From NCBI RefSeq assembly GCF_036588685.1, contig NC_086374.1, positions 85,808,001-85,872,000 of the forward strand: a stretch of DNA of 64,000 nucleotides, read 5' to 3'. The stretch comes from Mytilus trossulus (Eukaryota). The notes beneath the pieces were generated by a model that worked only from the letters and a program-made list of their open reading frames with translations, had not been told where the DNA came from and did no database searches. The position numbers and the translations under genes were made by a program. Within the stretch, counting starts at the first letter, position 1. Every line of letters starts with the position of its first letter. Positions 61,632 through 64,000 of the stretch are shown piece by piece.

Positions 61632-64000
61632 TCTTCTTATACTTAGCCAAAAACAAGTCAATGTCATTAATTCTGCCGTTTAGAATCATTCAGAATAATG
61701 TTAAAATGTGTCATGAACTCCACATGACTTTTCAAATATAACGGAATAAAGTCAATATAAAAATAAGGAGATGTGGTACGATTGACAATGAGACAATTAC
61801 CGCCATAGTACAAATACAGGGGATATAAGCAACAGATGCCAGGGATATGACCAGTTTGGCTTTAAAGCGTAAACATGCAAATTTTGACCATTTTTGACAA
61901 GACCTGACAACAAATAAGTTCAAACGATAAAGTTGAGAAGTCATTCCTTCGAAGTTTTAACGACCAACATCATGATTCTGATGACTTTAATGGCATATAA
62001 CTCTGTCAAGTATTGCTTGCCACGTCTAGCAAGTTTTCTGAGCTTTGTTTTAGTTCTTTTACAGTTTTTATTTTTAATCATGGTATTGTCTGGGTTTTTT
62101 TTTTTGCGACACTTAGTATTTGAATGTCTCCATGATTTGACTCAAATTCTCATATTGGATTCATAAACCAATAAAACGTTTATCAACATTACAAAAAAGT
62201 TGAAAAATAAACAGTTTACACAGCATGGATTCGATGACAGAATTAGCATGTCGTGTGTATTTTAGTCTAGACGCCATCAAATCAACCATCGAGGCGAACT
62301 CCGAAAACTGCCGACGGTCATGTAACCTGATATAAAAAAAAAAAAACATAAATACAAATAGATTTGCGATTACGTGCAATTGGATTTTTCTAGGTTTTTT
62401 TTTATTCATATTTTAGGTTAAAAATAATAAATGTTTATCATCGTTTTTATTTATGCAAAGGTCATTTCCAGCTTAGGGATTAAATGGAAGGTAGCATGAA
62501 TAGGTATTCAATGAGATCAAATTATTTTCTTGCAAGCTAATAATTCGTGATGTTTCGTATTTTATATAAGGTTAAAAATACATGTTAATCATCGTTTGTA
62601 TCTTTATAAGAATGAGTTTTCATTCCATGTTTTTCTTTTAATAACTGAACACGCGTAATTCATGCGTAGCCCATATCTAGCTAAGGAATTGAAAAGAATG
62701 TAACATGAATACGGATTCAATGAGATGGAATAATAAACTGATTGAAAGATTATGTATGTAACATATGAGTATCAAGCACAACCCCTCCCGTAAGGTGTTT
62801 AGTTTCATACCATCATGAAATATATGAGCGGAACAAAACCCGTAACCCATATCATGCCAACAACTGGTTTTAGAATAAATGTTTTAATTTCTGATGCAAA
62901 GACCTTATAAATGAATCAACATTACAGCCAAAATATGCCATCTTTAATGACCTGGCAACAGTTTCGTAACTGTGTCCCTTCTTAATGAGTCTGTTTAAAG
63001 GTTTTGCTAGCTTTCGAGGTGAATGCCGACATTTTTGTGCTCTGTAAAGAATATCACCATAAAAGATTGGATGTGAAATACCTGAACGTATAAGATGTCT
63101 GCGTGTTGATTAATTTTTACGAATGATGTCCTTGTACCGATGATAAAATTAAGTAACTGTTTTGACTAGTTTTTGATATGGAAAACCCTGGTATAATAAT
63201 TTTTCAGTAAAACATAAATTTCTTTTGCTAAAATCTAATACATTGTAACATACACGAGCAAATCCTACAAGTTGAGATATATAAACACCATAAGAATGTG
63301 TCAAGGGAAAGCCATGTTATATGAAAATAAAAGGGAAAAGCACGGACGTTTCAATGCACGAGAATGGGTGATATGTTCTAAAAATGGACAATTAACTATA
63401 GGAAATGAAAAATCATCTCTTCATCATTAATTTTGGTATTAAGCTTTCTGTTAATGATATAGATATCCCGATCCAGGAAAGGGCAGTGTTTATTGTTAGT
63501 TCATGTATTAGCTATATTCAAAGTCAGTTCAACAAGATAAATTTATTTCGTGTTCATACTGAAGTCGTCAAAGACTCGTACATGTAATTGAAAGCCGATA
63601 TATCATCCAAATATCTAAAAGTATTATTAGGTTTTTGTACCAAATGTTGTTTCGATTTTAGTCATAAATTGTAACTCATAACAATACAGAAACAGGTCCG
63701 CAATAAGTTGTACACAGTTCGCATTCTGATAATGTGCTCTCTGTTTCAAAACGTAAAGTTAAAAGTTAATCGTCAGTCTACTTTTTTTAAATGGAGTTAT
63801 TCCTCTTTGTATTAGATACAGGCAACAGTAGTCATTCTGTCAATAGTCCTAAATCGATAAAGTGAAAAAAATCCTGGCTACAAACGGAAACACATCAACT
63901 ATAAAAGGTTAAACAAAGGAACAACAGAAAAAATGAAATGCAACAAAAAAACAAACACCAACATACATATAAACCAGTGAAGAAAAATGTACGACAGATA

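Overview
AT-rich animal genomic DNA; the repeat families suggest a bivalve, probably Mytilus (inference). The left ~40.7 kb holds the 5' part of a minus-strand type I diacylglycerol kinase gene. Four coding exons (22266-22203, 20845-20790, 17276-16919, 10090-9932) join in frame, with putative 5' UTR exons up to a CpG-richer promoter near 40.0-40.8 kb. The introns carry tandem arrays, MITEs, Helentron-type non-autonomous elements and a minimal hammerhead ribozyme. The right ~23 kb is nested mobile DNA: an intact GalEa-type Ty1/copia element with identical LTRs, a PHD/2A-like/APE/RT CR1-type LINE inside a decayed Penelope-like element, a second Penelope-like copy, an Academ-like MITE and a foldback element. 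The most unusual observation is that two of the four coding exons have their own exon end plus 5' splice site amplified into a tandem array that runs into the intron (7 x 55 bp and 11 x 39 bp), giving ladders of duplicate splice donors.
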